Position numbers and translations under genes: made by a program. This document shows positions 1 to 10,084 of a stretch of DNA of 64,000 nt, piece after piece (positions within the stretch are counted from its first letter, which is position 1; each line of letters begins with the position of its first letter). This stretch comes from a virus, in the IMG/VR virus record IMGVR_UViG_3300046474_000470, positions 1 to 64,000 of that record; one strand, written 5' to 3'. The notes below the pieces were generated by a model. The model saw only the letters and a list, made by a program, of their open reading frames with translations, made no database searches and was not told the origin of the DNA.

Positions 1-204
1 CACTACTACACCGCGTACCAGGCGCTGACCCGGAGCCGCGGTGTGAGCATGGCAGGGCCGCTACCCATTCCGGTATCAGAAATATTGTCGTACTGCATCA
101 TGTTCCAAATAGACAACCTTACAGAACGTGAGCGTCTCCTCAAATTCGTGAACCGGCTTGACAGTGCGTACCTTGAGCATGTAGAAAGCAAGCGCCCAAA
201 GTAA
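1..204 (+). CDS. Tail assembly chaperone, C-terminal part (truncated by window edge)
   Basis: Frame 1 is open from nt 1 to TAA at 202-204 (HYYTAYQALTRSRGVSMAGPLPIPVSEILSYC...LDSAYL). It lies directly upstream of the tape measure gene and resembles G-T-type chaperone C-termini. Confidence 0.7.
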   Translation, partial: HYYTAYQALTRSRGVSMAGPLPIPVSEILSYCIMFQIDNLTERERLLKFVNRLDSAYLEHVESKRPK

Positions 205-218
205 TTTCCACACGGAAC

Positions 219-247
219 TTGCCTATAGGAAGCCCCCGTTAGATAAT
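219..247 (+). promoter_or_regulatory. Putative sigma70-like promoter TTGCCT-N17-GATAAT upstream of the tape measure gene
   Basis: TTGCCT at 219-224, GATAAT at 242-247, 17-nt spacer. Confidence 0.5.
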
Positions 248-266
248 GACAATCTAACGGGGGCTT
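230..266. terminator. Perfect 15-bp hairpin (terminator or RBS-sequestering stem)
   Basis: AAGCCCCCGTTAGAT (230-244) / ATCTAACGGGGGCTT (252-266), 7-nt loop, followed by TGTTT and the ATG at 272. Confidence 0.65.
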
Positions 267-271
267 TGTTT

Positions 272-3200
272 ATGAGCGACAACATTGGTTTGCATCTTGA
301 CTCATCGGGCGATGACGGCGTAAATCGCATCACCAGTGCGATCGATCGTCTGCACGAGTCGCTCATCCGTCTCGGCGAGAATTCGGCCGTGGGCCGCCTG
401 GCCCAGCAGATGGAGCTGATGCAGGCCACCATGGTCACCGGCTTCGCCGGTCTCGCCTCCACCATGGAAAAGATGGCCGGCGACCTGGCCACGCGCCAGG
501 CGCGCGCGATCGAGGAAGGTGGCGACAAGGTCGCCGCAGCACTCGACGCCAGCGGCATGAAGGCACAGATGGCGCGCGAGCGCCAGATGGACCGTCAGAT
601 CAGCGCCGACAACGCATTCAATCACGCCCGCCTGGGTATGATCGAAGGCGCGCGCGAGCGAGAACTCGAGCTGGAGAATCTGTTCGAGCGCACCCGCGAC
701 GACGTCGCCAAGAAGGGACTCGCCAGCCGCATCCTTGACTACGATCGCGAGGAACAGATCGCACTCGCCTGGGAGCAGTCGCTGCAGAAGAGCCGCGACC
801 GGGAACTCGCTGGCGAAGCCCTGTTCAACCGGGTGCAGGCCGAGTTGCTGCAGCAGCGCCAGTCGGCCCAGATTCTTGACCTCGCACGCGAGGAAGAGCT
901 GGCCCTGCGATGGGAGCAGTCGCTCGAGAAGGTCCGCGAAGCGGAGCTGGCTGGCGAGGCCCTGTTCAACCGTGCGCAGGCAGAGATGCAGCAGCAGCGC
1001 CAGTCGGCCCAGATCCTCGACTACGCCCGGGAAGAAGAACTGGCAGCCCGCTGGGAAGCGTCGCTGCAGCAGAGCCGCGAGAAAGAGCTGGCTGGCGAGT
1101 CCCTGTTCAACCGTGTGCAGTCTGAGCTGCAGCAGCAGCGCGTGGCGGCCCAGATCCTGGACTATGCGCGCGAAGAGCAGCTGGCACATGAGTGGGAAGC
1201 TGCGCTGCAGCGCGCCCGGGAAAAGGTCCTCGCTGATGAGGCCCTGTTCGACCGCACGCGCGCCGAGATGGCCAACCGCGCGCTGGCTGAGCGCCAAGCC
1301 GCGGCTGAACGCGACGCGCGGCTGAACGTCTCCTACCGCATGGCGTCGCCGACGACGCAAGCCCAGATTCAGGCGCGCGCTGTTGTCGCCGCCGACGAAG
1401 GGCTGGATCCGGCCAAGCTGGTCGGCACGAAGGCAGCCGCTGATGCTGCCGGCAAGTCGCTGGCCGAGCTGCACGCGATCATCGAGAGCGGGCGCGCGGC
1501 AACGCGCGGCGCCGCCGCCGACAACAAGACCCTGGCCACGTCGTTCTTCGAACTCGATGGCGCGCTGCGTCAGGCCGAGGGCGCTTTCCGTGGTGCCGCC
1601 CACCAGGCTGGCATCTATGGCTTCCACCACGGCCAGCTGATCGCACTGCTCGCCGGCGGCGCCGTCGCCGCCGGCCTGCACCACATCGCCGAGACCGGCG
1701 CCGAGGTGGAGTACCAGCTGGCGTCGCTGAACGCGCTGTCCGGCGAGACCGAAAAGATCGACCTCAACAAGTTCATCGGCATTTCAGCCGGCACGCTGAC
1801 CGGCCTGAAGGATGCGGCCGAGGGCATGCACGCGCTGGCGCAGGCCGGTCAAGGGCAGCAAGCCGCCTTCGCGGCGCTGCCGGACGTGATGCGCCTTGCC
1901 ACCTTGGGCGAGATGTCCGTCGCCCAGGCCTCCGAGATGGCGGTCGAATCGATGCACGCCTTCGGCAAGGAGATCACGGATCTCGGCGACATCGGTGACA
2001 TCCTGGTCGCCGTCGGCGCCAAGTCCAACCTGTCGGTGCACAAACTGGCCGAAGACATGAAGAGCGCAGCCGTGACCGGCGCGTTGTTCAACCTCGACAT
2101 GAAAGAGATCACGGCGACGGTCGGCGTGCTGGCCGAGCGCGGCCTGACCATCCAGCCGCTGTCGTCGGCGCTGAACAAGCTGTACGAGCCATCGGCCAAG
2201 ACCGCCAAGGTCATGAAGGAGTGGCACCTCGACGTCAAGGACGGCGAGGGCAACCTGAAAAACTACTCCCAGTTCATGGGTGAGCTGGCCGCCAAGGTCA
2301 ACGAGTTCCGGGTGCCGGCCGACGCGCTCAAGCAGCTCGGCATGTCGACCCAGTCGATCAAGGCGATGGAGGTGATGACCCAGCACTTGGGCGACTACAA
2401 GCACCTGCTGCACGAGGCGGAAGACGCGCATGGCAAGATGTTCAGCGCGATGATCGAGAAGGAAGACACGGCCGAGGGTTCGTGGAAGCGCCTGGGCAGC
2501 ACGGTCGATGGCGCATTCGTCAGCGCTTTCAAGGAAGCCGAGCCGGTCGTCCGCAGCGTCGAAGAGTCGCTGATGAACTTTGCGGCATCGCCGGAGACTA
2601 TCAACGCACTGGGCAATATTGCCGCCGGCATCGCCCGCCTGACCGAGACCGCGCTCGAGAACATCGGCACGATGTTGAAGATGGCCGCCGCCTACGGCGC
2701 CATGCGCATCCTCACCAGCCTGACGACGATGCTCAACGAGTATATGGTCGCCAAGCGCGCGGCGATGGCTTTGAGCGTCCAGAACACCGTGGTCGTGCAG
2801 GCAGAAGCCGTCCAGCTCGAGCTGTTCGCGGTGGCTGAAAACTCGGCTGCGGCCGGCGCCGGGCGACTTGCCGTTGCCACCGAAGTGGCCGCCACCGGCA
2901 TGCGCATGCTGACTGCCTCGATGGGCTGGATCATGATCGCCATCGTCGCTGCGACCACCGCAGTCGAACTGCTGTCGGGCAAGCTTGACGAGAACGAGAA
3001 GAAGAAGCGCGAGCAGCAGAACACCTACAACACGACCACCGACGCCATCCAGCGCGAGATCGATCGCCTGAAAGAGCTGGAAAAGCAGCTGGACCTGACT
3101 GGCGAAACCGGCACTAAGTCGGCTGCCAAGGTGCAGCTGGCGTTTGCGAAGCTGAAAGAAGATCAGGCCAAGAGCAACCTCGAAGCCGTGGAAGCCTCGT

Positions 3201-6200
3201 CGGTGCCGGACACCAGCCTGCGCCGCGCCGGCCGCCGCGCGCCGGGCAGCATGGACGGCGAGCAGATCCACGCCGCCGACATCGCCGCCGCAAAGAAAGC
3301 CTACGACGATGCGCACGCGGCGGCAGCCAAAGCCAGCAACATGCTGGCCGAGCTGGAATCCGTCCAAGACGCTGTCAAGGGCAAGACCGCCCTGTCCGAT
3401 CTGAAGAAAAAGGTCGAAGGGCTGCAGGAGGCGACGGCATTCACCAACACGCCGGCCGCCAAGGCTGCTGTCGAGCAGGTGAACGAGCATGTGCGCGCGC
3501 TGAAGGGTCAGCAGCTCACGCTCGAGAACGTCACCGAGATGACCGAGCGCTACCACCAGGTCGAAAAGGAAATCGCCGCCACGAAGCGCACCGTCACCGC
3601 CCTGCCGGACGACAAGGATGCCGCGCGCGTGCGCATCGAGCAGCTGCAGGAAGAGCTGCGACTTGCTCAGATGCTGTCCAAGGTCGCGATCGATGGCGCC
3701 AAGTCGCAGAACAAGCGCGGCGAACTGGGCGACCTGCAGCTGGTCAACCGCGAGCGCGACGAGAGCATCAAGCTGCACCAGAAGGCGCTCGACATCGCGA
3801 TCGCCGAGCGCGACGCCGCCGGCCCGCTGAAGGGTGCACAGCAGGAAAAGTACGAAAGCCGCATCAAGTCGGCCAGGATGCAGCTGGCGGTCGACGATGC
3901 GAACGCCGAGCGCCAGAAGCTGGACGCGCTGGACAAGATGGCCGGCGCCGAACTGCAAGCGCGCGCCAAGGCGCTGGAGAGCAAGGGTCAGCTGGAGGCC
4001 GCCTACCTGATGACCTGGGAAGCGAAGAACCGCGACACGCTTGACCGACTCAGCTACGACATCGCCGACGCGGAGAATGCGCAGTACCGCGACCGCCTGC
4101 AACGCTACAAGGCGTTCCTCGAAGAGCAGCGCGCGCTGGGCGCCAACGACGCCCGCTTCAAGGAAGGCAAAGAAGCCTTCGACGCCGCCCAGGCAACCTT
4201 GCGCCAGCGCGTGCAGGATGCCCGCAGCCAGAACGGCCCAGGCAGCGGTCTGTACTCGACCCTGAATAGCTCGATCGAGGAGCGCGACGCCTACGGCGAC
4301 ATGCTCCCGAAGCTGCGGGAAGCGTACGCCCAGGTCGCGCCGACCTCGTCGATCATGCGCGGCGGCGACAAGAGCAAGATCAAGGAAGCCCAGAACGAGC
4401 TGCGCGAGATCCAGCAGCAGATGGAAGCGATGCGCAACACCGGTGTCTCGATGGCCGAGTCGATCGGCCGCGCCCTGAAGGAGGCCTTCGGCCACGGCGG
4501 CGAGGCGATGGGCGGTGTGCTCGTGGCCGCGGCCAACTACAGCGCCAAGCTAGAAGAGATCGACACTCGCCTGAAGGTGAGCAAGGGCACGGAAGCGGAC
4601 AAGGCGCAGGCTGCGGCCGCCACCGCGTCGGCCCAGATCAAGGGCTACGGCGACATGGCCGGCGCCGCCAAGGGATTCTTCGACCAGAACTCGAACGGCT
4701 ACCGGATCCTGCACACCACCGAACAGGCGTTCCGCGTCTTCGAGATCGCCCAGGCCGCCATGGCGCTGGGCAAGAAACTGGTCTTCAAGCAGACCGAAGT
4801 GGCCGCCACCACGGCCCTGAACGGCGAGAAGGTCGCTGGTGAGGCCGCCGCATCCGGCGCCAGCACTGCGCTGGCCGCTGGCGAAGCAAGCGCCTGGGGC
4901 GTCACCGCAGTGGCCAAGGCGATCGCCTCGCTCCCATTCCCGCTGAACCTTGCAGCAGGTGCTGCGACGGCAGCCGCCATCGTCGGCCTGGGCATCAAGC
5001 TGACCGGTGGCTTCGGCGGCGGCAGCAACGCTGCCCAGCGCCAGGCCGACCAAGGTACCGGCACGATCGCCGGCGACCCGAAAGCCAAGACCGAATCGCT
5101 CGCGCGCTCGCTGGCGCTGGTCGAGCAGAACACCTACAACGACATGGTCGTCTCGATGGACATGCTGCGCACGCTGCAGTCCATCAATTCGAACATCTCG
5201 AACTTCGCCGGGCAGCTCCTGCAGAACTCGGACATCGCTAATCCGGACGTGCGTCTGAGCAGCGGCATCGGCAAGACCGGCTGGGCACAGGCCGACATGG
5301 CCGCCACTGGCGCCGAGATCGGACTTGCAGTGGCCGGCCCGGTCGGCGCCGCCGTCGGCGCTGCACTCGGCTACATCACCAGCAAGATCCCGGCGATCCA
5401 GAAGCTTTACAGCTCGATCTTCGGCGGCAAGCAGTCGCTGGACGATACCGGCTTCATGCTGGGCGCCACGACGCTGGGCGACGTCGCCAGCCGCGGCGTG
5501 AACGCGCAGACCTACGCCGACGTCACCACGTCAGGTGGCTGGTTCCGCTCGGACAAGCACAACACCCAGACCACTGGCGCTGGCGATGATGCCAACCGCG
5601 CTATCGCGCAGATCCTGCTGGGCATCGGCGACACGATCAAAGCCGCCGGCGGCGCGCTGGGCCTGTCGGGCGACGCCTTCGAAGCGAAGCTGTCCGGCTT
5701 CGTGGTCGACATCGGCAAGATCAGCCTGAAGGGCCTGTCGAGCTCCGAGCAGCAGGCCGCCATCCAGTCCGCCTTCTCGAAGGTGGGCGACCAGATGGCG
5801 AAGTCGGCCCTGTCCACGATCACCCAGTTCTCGAAAGCCGGCGAAGGCGCGCTGGAGACGCTGGTGCGCGTGGCCAACGACTACCAGACCATCGACGCCG
5901 TGCTCGGCTCGTTCGGTCAGACCTTCCGCGCTGTCGGCGTGGAGTCGATCGCCGCGCGCGAGCACCTGATCGACCTGGCCGGCGGCCTCGACAAGTTCAC
6001 TTCGTCGGGCAGCAGCTTCACCAAGGACTTCCTGACCAAGGCGCAGCAGCAGGCGCCGGTGCTGGCGGCCGTGACGAAGCAGCTGGGCGCCATGAACCTT
6101 GGCTGGGTGCAGACCCGCGAGCAGTTCGCCGGCGTCATCCAGGGTCTGGACCTGACCAACGCCGCCGACCAGGAGACCTATACCTCGCTGATGCGCCTGC

Positions 6201-7627
6201 AGGCCGCCTTCGCCGCCACGCACGCCGCCATTGACGACACCTCCAAGTCGGCGCAGGAAGTGGCCGACGAGCGCCGCGACCTGCAGGGCCAGCTCGACGA
6301 GATGACCCTGACCTCGACCGATCTGCTGGCCAAGCAGCGCGACGCGATCGATGAGTCGAACCGCGCGCTGTTCGACCAGATCCAGGCGCTGAAGGCGCAG
6401 GCCGACGCCGCCAGCAAGGTGTCTGGCAACGTCGACGCTGCGTTCTCGGTGCTGCGCAACGTCGTCAACCGCGAGAAGACGGCAGTGCAGGCGACGGTCG
6501 ACACCCGCACCACCTCGGTGAGCCGCCTGCAGGGGCTGTCGGATTCGCTGCACTCGGCGCTCGACAGCTACAAGTCGACCGAGCAGACGACGGCCGCGCG
6601 CGCCGCCGCCCGCAGTGAGATCCAGGCGAATCTCGCGATCACGAAGGCCGGCGGCAAGCTGTCGGACGACCAGATCGCCTCGCTGAAGAAAGCCCTGACG
6701 GCCGTCACCCAGAAGGAAGAATCGCCGCAGTTCGCTTCGTACCTGGACTACCTCAAGGACATGTACGAGACGCAGAACGACATCGCCGGCCTGGCCGGCG
6801 TGACGGACGACTCGCTGTCGGTGGAAAAGGCCGCGCTGCAGGCCGCGAAGGACCAGCTCAAGGCATTCGACGACCTCCTGCTCAAGCAGCAGGATCTGAT
6901 CGACGAGGCCAAGGGCCAGTCCACCTCGCTGCTCTCGATCGACAATGCGGTCGCCGCGCTGGCGCTGGCCCTGAACGCGGCCAGGAGCAACCCGACACTT
7001 GCCGCCGGCTCCGCGATCAACAACGCCTACCAGAGCGCACTTGGCCGCGCCCCGGACGCCGACGGCTTGGCGTACTGGCAGCACGCGGCCGCCAGCGGCA
7101 CCTCGGTGTCGAGCATCGTCGACAGCATCAAGAACTCGACCGAAGCCAAGCTCAACCAGCTGTACCAGAGCGTGCTGGGGCGCGCGCCAGACGCCGCAGG
7201 ACTTGCGTACTGGGCCAAGGCCTTCGGCGCCACCATGGACGACAGCGAGACCGCGGCGTGGATGAAGTCGGCCCAGACCGAGCTGGCCAACAACAAGGGC
7301 CTGCCGGCCTTCGCGCTGGGCGGCTCCTTCGGCGGCGGCATGGCGCTGGTGGGTGAGAACGGCCCGGAGATCGTCGAGCTGCCGCAGTCGCGCATCTACA
7401 ACGCCCGCCAGTCCGCCGAGATGATGTCCGGCACCTGGACCGGCGCCACGCCAGGCAACGACGAGATGGCGCGCCAGATGCGCGCGCTGGTCGAGGAAAT
7501 CCGCCAGCTGCGCGCCGCGATCGCCGCCGGTGACGTGGCCCAGATCAAGGAGCTCCAGAAAGTGACCGACGCCCTCGACCGCGTGATGTACGGCGGCGAT
7601 TCCATCCAAACCCGCCCTGCGAGCTAA
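272..7627 (+). CDS. Tape measure protein (2451 aa) with N-terminal 47-aa repeats and C-terminal DUF4214-like repeats
   Basis: Very long Ala/Leu/Glu-rich helical protein; TP901-like TMP core (DILVAVGAKSNLSVHKLAEDMKSAA); typical C-terminus LPAFALGG...VGENGPEIV; follows the chaperone gene. Confidence 0.93.
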   Translation: MSDNIGLHLDSSGDDGVNRITSAIDRLHESLIRLGENSAVGRLAQQMELMQATMVTGFAGLASTMEKMAGDLATRQARAIEEGGDKVAAALDASGMKAQMARERQMDRQISADNAFNHARLGMIEGARERELELENLFERTRDDVAKKGLASRILDYDREEQIALAWEQSLQKSRDRELAGEALFNRVQAELLQQRQSAQILDLAREEELALRWEQSLEKVREAELAGEALFNRAQAEMQQQRQSAQILDYAREEELAARWEASLQQSREKELAGESLFNRVQSELQQQRVAAQILDYAREEQLAHEWEAALQRAREKVLADEALFDRTRAEMANRALAERQAAAERDARLNVSYRMASPTTQAQIQARAVVAADEGLDPAKLVGTKAAADAAGKSLAELHAIIESGRAATRGAAADNKTLATSFFELDGALRQAEGAFRGAAHQAGIYGFHHGQLIALLAGGAVAAGLHHIAETGAEVEYQLASLNALSGETEKIDLNKFIGISAGTLTGLKDAAEGMHALAQAGQGQQAAFAALPDVMRLATLGEMSVAQASEMAVESMHAFGKEITDLGDIGDILVAVGAKSNLSVHKLAEDMKSAAVTGALFNLDMKEITATVGVLAERGLTIQPLSSALNKLYEPSAKTAKVMKEWHLDVKDGEGNLKNYSQFMGELAAKVNEFRVPADALKQLGMSTQSIKAMEVMTQHLGDYKHLLHEAEDAHGKMFSAMIEKEDTAEGSWKRLGSTVDGAFVSAFKEAEPVVRSVEESLMNFAASPETINALGNIAAGIARLTETALENIGTMLKMAAAYGAMRILTSLTTMLNEYMVAKRAAMALSVQNTVVVQAEAVQLELFAVAENSAAAGAGRLAVATEVAATGMRMLTASMGWIMIAIVAATTAVELLSGKLDENEKKKREQQNTYNTTTDAIQREIDRLKELEKQLDLTGETGTKSAAKVQLAFAKLKEDQAKSNLEAVEASSVPDTSLRRAGRRAPGSMDGEQIHAADIAAAKKAYDDAHAAAAKASNMLAELESVQDAVKGKTALSDLKKKVEGLQEATAFTNTPAAKAAVEQVNEHVRALKGQQLTLENVTEMTERYHQVEKEIAATKRTVTALPDDKDAARVRIEQLQEELRLAQMLSKVAIDGAKSQNKRGELGDLQLVNRERDESIKLHQKALDIAIAERDAAGPLKGAQQEKYESRIKSARMQLAVDDANAERQKLDALDKMAGAELQARAKALESKGQLEAAYLMTWEAKNRDTLDRLSYDIADAENAQYRDRLQRYKAFLEEQRALGANDARFKEGKEAFDAAQATLRQRVQDARSQNGPGSGLYSTLNSSIEERDAYGDMLPKLREAYAQVAPTSSIMRGGDKSKIKEAQNELREIQQQMEAMRNTGVSMAESIGRALKEAFGHGGEAMGGVLVAAANYSAKLEEIDTRLKVSKGTEADKAQAAAATASAQIKGYGDMAGAAKGFFDQNSNGYRILHTTEQAFRVFEIAQAAMALGKKLVFKQTEVAATTALNGEKVAGEAAASGASTALAAGEASAWGVTAVAKAIASLPFPLNLAAGAATAAAIVGLGIKLTGGFGGGSNAAQRQADQGTGTIAGDPKAKTESLARSLALVEQNTYNDMVVSMDMLRTLQSINSNISNFAGQLLQNSDIANPDVRLSSGIGKTGWAQADMAATGAEIGLAVAGPVGAAVGAALGYITSKIPAIQKLYSSIFGGKQSLDDTGFMLGATTLGDVASRGVNAQTYADVTTSGGWFRSDKHNTQTTGAGDDANRAIAQILLGIGDTIKAAGGALGLSGDAFEAKLSGFVVDIGKISLKGLSSSEQQAAIQSAFSKVGDQMAKSALSTITQFSKAGEGALETLVRVANDYQTIDAVLGSFGQTFRAVGVESIAAREHLIDLAGGLDKFTSSGSSFTKDFLTKAQQQAPVLAAVTKQLGAMNLGWVQTREQFAGVIQGLDLTNAADQETYTSLMRLQAAFAATHAAIDDTSKSAQEVADERRDLQGQLDEMTLTSTDLLAKQRDAIDESNRALFDQIQALKAQADAASKVSGNVDAAFSVLRNVVNREKTAVQATVDTRTTSVSRLQGLSDSLHSALDSYKSTEQTTAARAAARSEIQANLAITKAGGKLSDDQIASLKKALTAVTQKEESPQFASYLDYLKDMYETQNDIAGLAGVTDDSLSVEKAALQAAKDQLKAFDDLLLKQQDLIDEAKGQSTSLLSIDNAVAALALALNAARSNPTLAAGSAINNAYQSALGRAPDADGLAYWQHAAASGTSVSSIVDSIKNSTEAKLNQLYQSVLGRAPDAAGLAYWAKAFGATMDDSETAAWMKSAQTELANNKGLPAFALGGSFGGGMALVGENGPEIVELPQSRIYNARQSAEMMSGTWTGATPGNDEMARQMRALVEEIRQLRAAIAAGDVAQIKELQKVTDALDRVMYGGDSIQTRPAS
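680..1300 (+). repeat. Tandem 141-nt (47-aa) repeat in the TMP, about 4.5 copies
   Basis: CTGTTC(A/G)A recurs at 680, 821, 962, 1103 and 1244 (141-nt spacing); unit approx. REEELAxxWExSLQxxRExELAGEALFNRVQAExQQQRQSAQILDYA. Confidence 0.92.
7013..7230 (+). repeat. Two DUF4214-like 45-aa repeats near the TMP C-terminus
   Basis: AYQSALGRAPDADGLAYW and LYQSVLGRAPDAAGLAYW, 135 nt apart (TAC at 7028 and 7163). Confidence 0.8.
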
Positions 7628-7629
7628 GA

Positions 7630-9195
7630 ATGAAAATTATCACCCCTACCGCGATGGCGGATGTGACGTGCACCCGGGCTTCGGTCAAATGGGTGTATGA
7701 CCGCACCGGGACGCTTGTCTCGGTGCCGGCCAACACCCTTGCGGTGACCTACGACCCGAGCGACCTGACCAAGGCGCCGTATGCGCTGGTGGAGCCGGCG
7801 GCCACGAATCTGGCGGTGCAGTCGGAAGTCATGTCGGTCTGGCAGTCGTCTGCCGCAACTGTGCAGACCGATGTCGCCAGCTCGCCAAGCGGTACGCTTA
7901 CCGTCGATCGAGTCGTCGGGAGCACCGCGGTGTCGGGGCTCTACCGGTTCATCACGTTGAACCCGGGCGACATCACCTGTGCCTCGATTTTTGTCAAGCG
8001 GGAGTCGGGTGACACGCTGCTGAAGTTCGGCACCGACCAGGCTGGCACGACGCTTTACGCAGTTTTCGACATCTCTACAGGAAAGGTAAGCTCTCAAGGG
8101 TCGGGCGTTGTCGCGGCTGGGGTTATTGCTTGCAATACTCCCAACGGACTTTTTTATCGCCTGTGGGTCGTGTTTGCCGCACCTATCGCGAGCACGCCAT
8201 TTATCCTCTATTCGGCAGCCTCTGCAGCCACCTTCCAGGCGTGGGGGTTTCAGGTAGAGACGGGAAAAGCTCCGACCAGCTACATCCCCACCACCGCTGC
8301 CGGATCCGTCACCCGGCCCGCCGACGTCATCGGCGCTGGCTCGGGCCTGGTGTACTCGAACGTGGCGATCGTCGAGCCGGCCTACAGTGCCGCGACGACC
8401 TACGCCAAGGACGACAAGGTCTACGATCCGACGACCCACAACGTCTTCCAGTCCCTTATCGCCGGCAACGTCAACAAGGCGCTGACGGATACGTCCGCCT
8501 GGACGCCACGCGGCGCGATGAACCGCTGGGCGATGCTCGACCAGTACAACAGCACCCAGACCAGCAACGCGGAAGAGATCGTCATCGTGATCGCCGCCAC
8601 GCAGGTGTCGCGCGGCCTGTTCCTGGCGAACCTCGATGCGACGGAGGTGCGCATCTCGACCGTGGACCTGTCGGCCGGGCTGGTCAGCCAGCTGACCAAG
8701 AGCCTGATCCAGTCGAACTCGGGCTCGAGCTTTTACGGCTGGGGATTCGGCGGCACGCGGCGCCAGAGCTACTACGTCTCGGCCGCGCTCCTGCCGTATG
8801 CGAACACGCTCACAACCATCACGATCCGGAAACCTGGCGGCACCGCCAAGTGTGGCGTAGCTGCACTCGGCCCGGTGCTCGACCTTGGCATGACGCAGTA
8901 CGGCGTGGCGCGCGAGATCAAGGACTACTCGACCGTCAACTTCAACTTCGACGGTACCAGCAACGTCCAGAAGCGCAATTTCGCCAAGGTCCTGTCCCTC
9001 GACGTTGTCATCGAGAACGATCAGATTGACTCAGCCATTGAAACACTAGAAAATTGCCGCCAGACACCACTTGTCTGGCTCGGCGTCGAAGGACTTGGGC
9101 ATACCTGCCTGTTCGGGCCGTACACCAGCTTCAAGAGCGTGCTGCCGTACCCGACGCAGTCGATCATGAGCCTGCAGATCCAGGCCACCGTTTAA
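7630..9195 (+). CDS. Tail tip/distal tail protein with an inserted carbohydrate-binding-like domain
   Basis: Follows the TMP; EPAATNL...WGFQVETGKAPTSYIPTT beta-sandwich insert; AYSAATTYAKDDKVY CBM-like motif; distal-tail-like C-terminus. Confidence 0.7.
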   Translation: MKIITPTAMADVTCTRASVKWVYDRTGTLVSVPANTLAVTYDPSDLTKAPYALVEPAATNLAVQSEVMSVWQSSAATVQTDVASSPSGTLTVDRVVGSTAVSGLYRFITLNPGDITCASIFVKRESGDTLLKFGTDQAGTTLYAVFDISTGKVSSQGSGVVAAGVIACNTPNGLFYRLWVVFAAPIASTPFILYSAASAATFQAWGFQVETGKAPTSYIPTTAAGSVTRPADVIGAGSGLVYSNVAIVEPAYSAATTYAKDDKVYDPTTHNVFQSLIAGNVNKALTDTSAWTPRGAMNRWAMLDQYNSTQTSNAEEIVIVIAATQVSRGLFLANLDATEVRISTVDLSAGLVSQLTKSLIQSNSGSSFYGWGFGGTRRQSYYVSAALLPYANTLTTITIRKPGGTAKCGVAALGPVLDLGMTQYGVAREIKDYSTVNFNFDGTSNVQKRNFAKVLSLDVVIENDQIDSAIETLENCRQTPLVWLGVEGLGHTCLFGPYTSFKSVLPYPTQSIMSLQIQATV

Positions 9196-9217
9196 GCAGC
9201 ACCTACAAGGAAATCCG

Positions 9218-10084
9218 ATGCCCATCACCACGCTCCTCGACCCGACGAAGATGCCGAACCAGTCGCAGGACCAGGCGACTTTCGACAGCTTCTGGGCAGC
9301 TCTGCTCGCCACCCTGCCGACCTGGAGTGGCGAGGTCAACGCCACAGCGGCGGCCATCAACGCCCTTGCGGCCGGCGGTGCGTATGCGATCCCCTTCACG
9401 TTCGACACGACGACTGCGGATGCGGACCCCGGCACCGGCAAGCTGCGACTGGACAACGTGACGCAGACCTCAGCCACCACGATGCGACTCGACCTGCTGA
9501 GCGCTGCCAGCCAGGACGTGACCGCCATCATCGATCGTTTCGACGCTTCGACCAGCACAGTCAAGGGTTCCATCCGCCTGGTGAAGCAGGGCGACGCCAC
9601 GAAATGGCTGACTTTCGACATCACCGCGCGCGCGGCGCCGACCGGCTACCGCAATATCACCGTAACCAACGCCGTCGGCAGTTCGGCATCACCGTTCGCG
9701 AACGGCGACGGCCTGATGCTGCTCTTCCAGCGCAACGGCGACATCGGCCCGGCCGGCACGATCGTCAAGCGCACGTACACCGTCGCAAACGACACCGCGC
9801 CCACCACGAACACCGCCCTGTATGACATGCACATCATCACCGCGCTTCAGGGCTCGATGGTCATCGGTGCGCCGACCGGCACGCCCAGTGAAGGCCAGGG
9901 CCTGATCTACCGGATCAAGGACAACGGCGTGTCGCGCACGATCGCGTACAACGCGATCTTCCGCGCGCCGACCGAGCTGGCGTTTCCTTCGGCAACAGTC
10001 GTGGGCAAATGGACCTATCTTGGCTTCGTGTACAACGCGACCGACTCCAAGTGGGATCTGCTGTCCGCTGTCAGCAACATGTAA
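9218..10084 (+). CDS. Tail fibre/tail protein
   Basis: Thr/Ala/Gly-rich; C-terminal GQGLIYRIKDNG...YNATDSKWDLL domain common in phage fibres; RBS AAGGA. Confidence 0.65.
   Translation: MPITTLLDPTKMPNQSQDQATFDSFWAALLATLPTWSGEVNATAAAINALAAGGAYAIPFTFDTTTADADPGTGKLRLDNVTQTSATTMRLDLLSAASQDVTAIIDRFDASTSTVKGSIRLVKQGDATKWLTFDITARAAPTGYRNITVTNAVGSSASPFANGDGLMLLFQRNGDIGPAGTIVKRTYTVANDTAPTTNTALYDMHIITALQGSMVIGAPTGTPSEGQGLIYRIKDNGVSRTIAYNAIFRAPTELAFPSATVVGKWTYLGFVYNATDSKWDLLSAVSNM

Noticed and set aside
680-1300. CRISPR array or DGR template repeat
   Set aside because: The repeats are contiguous in-frame coding units without spacers, and no reverse transcriptase or cas gene is present.
302-7609. Long - strand ORFs opposite the TMP (460, 903 and 692 aa)
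   Set aside because: Antisense shadows with no domain signatures.
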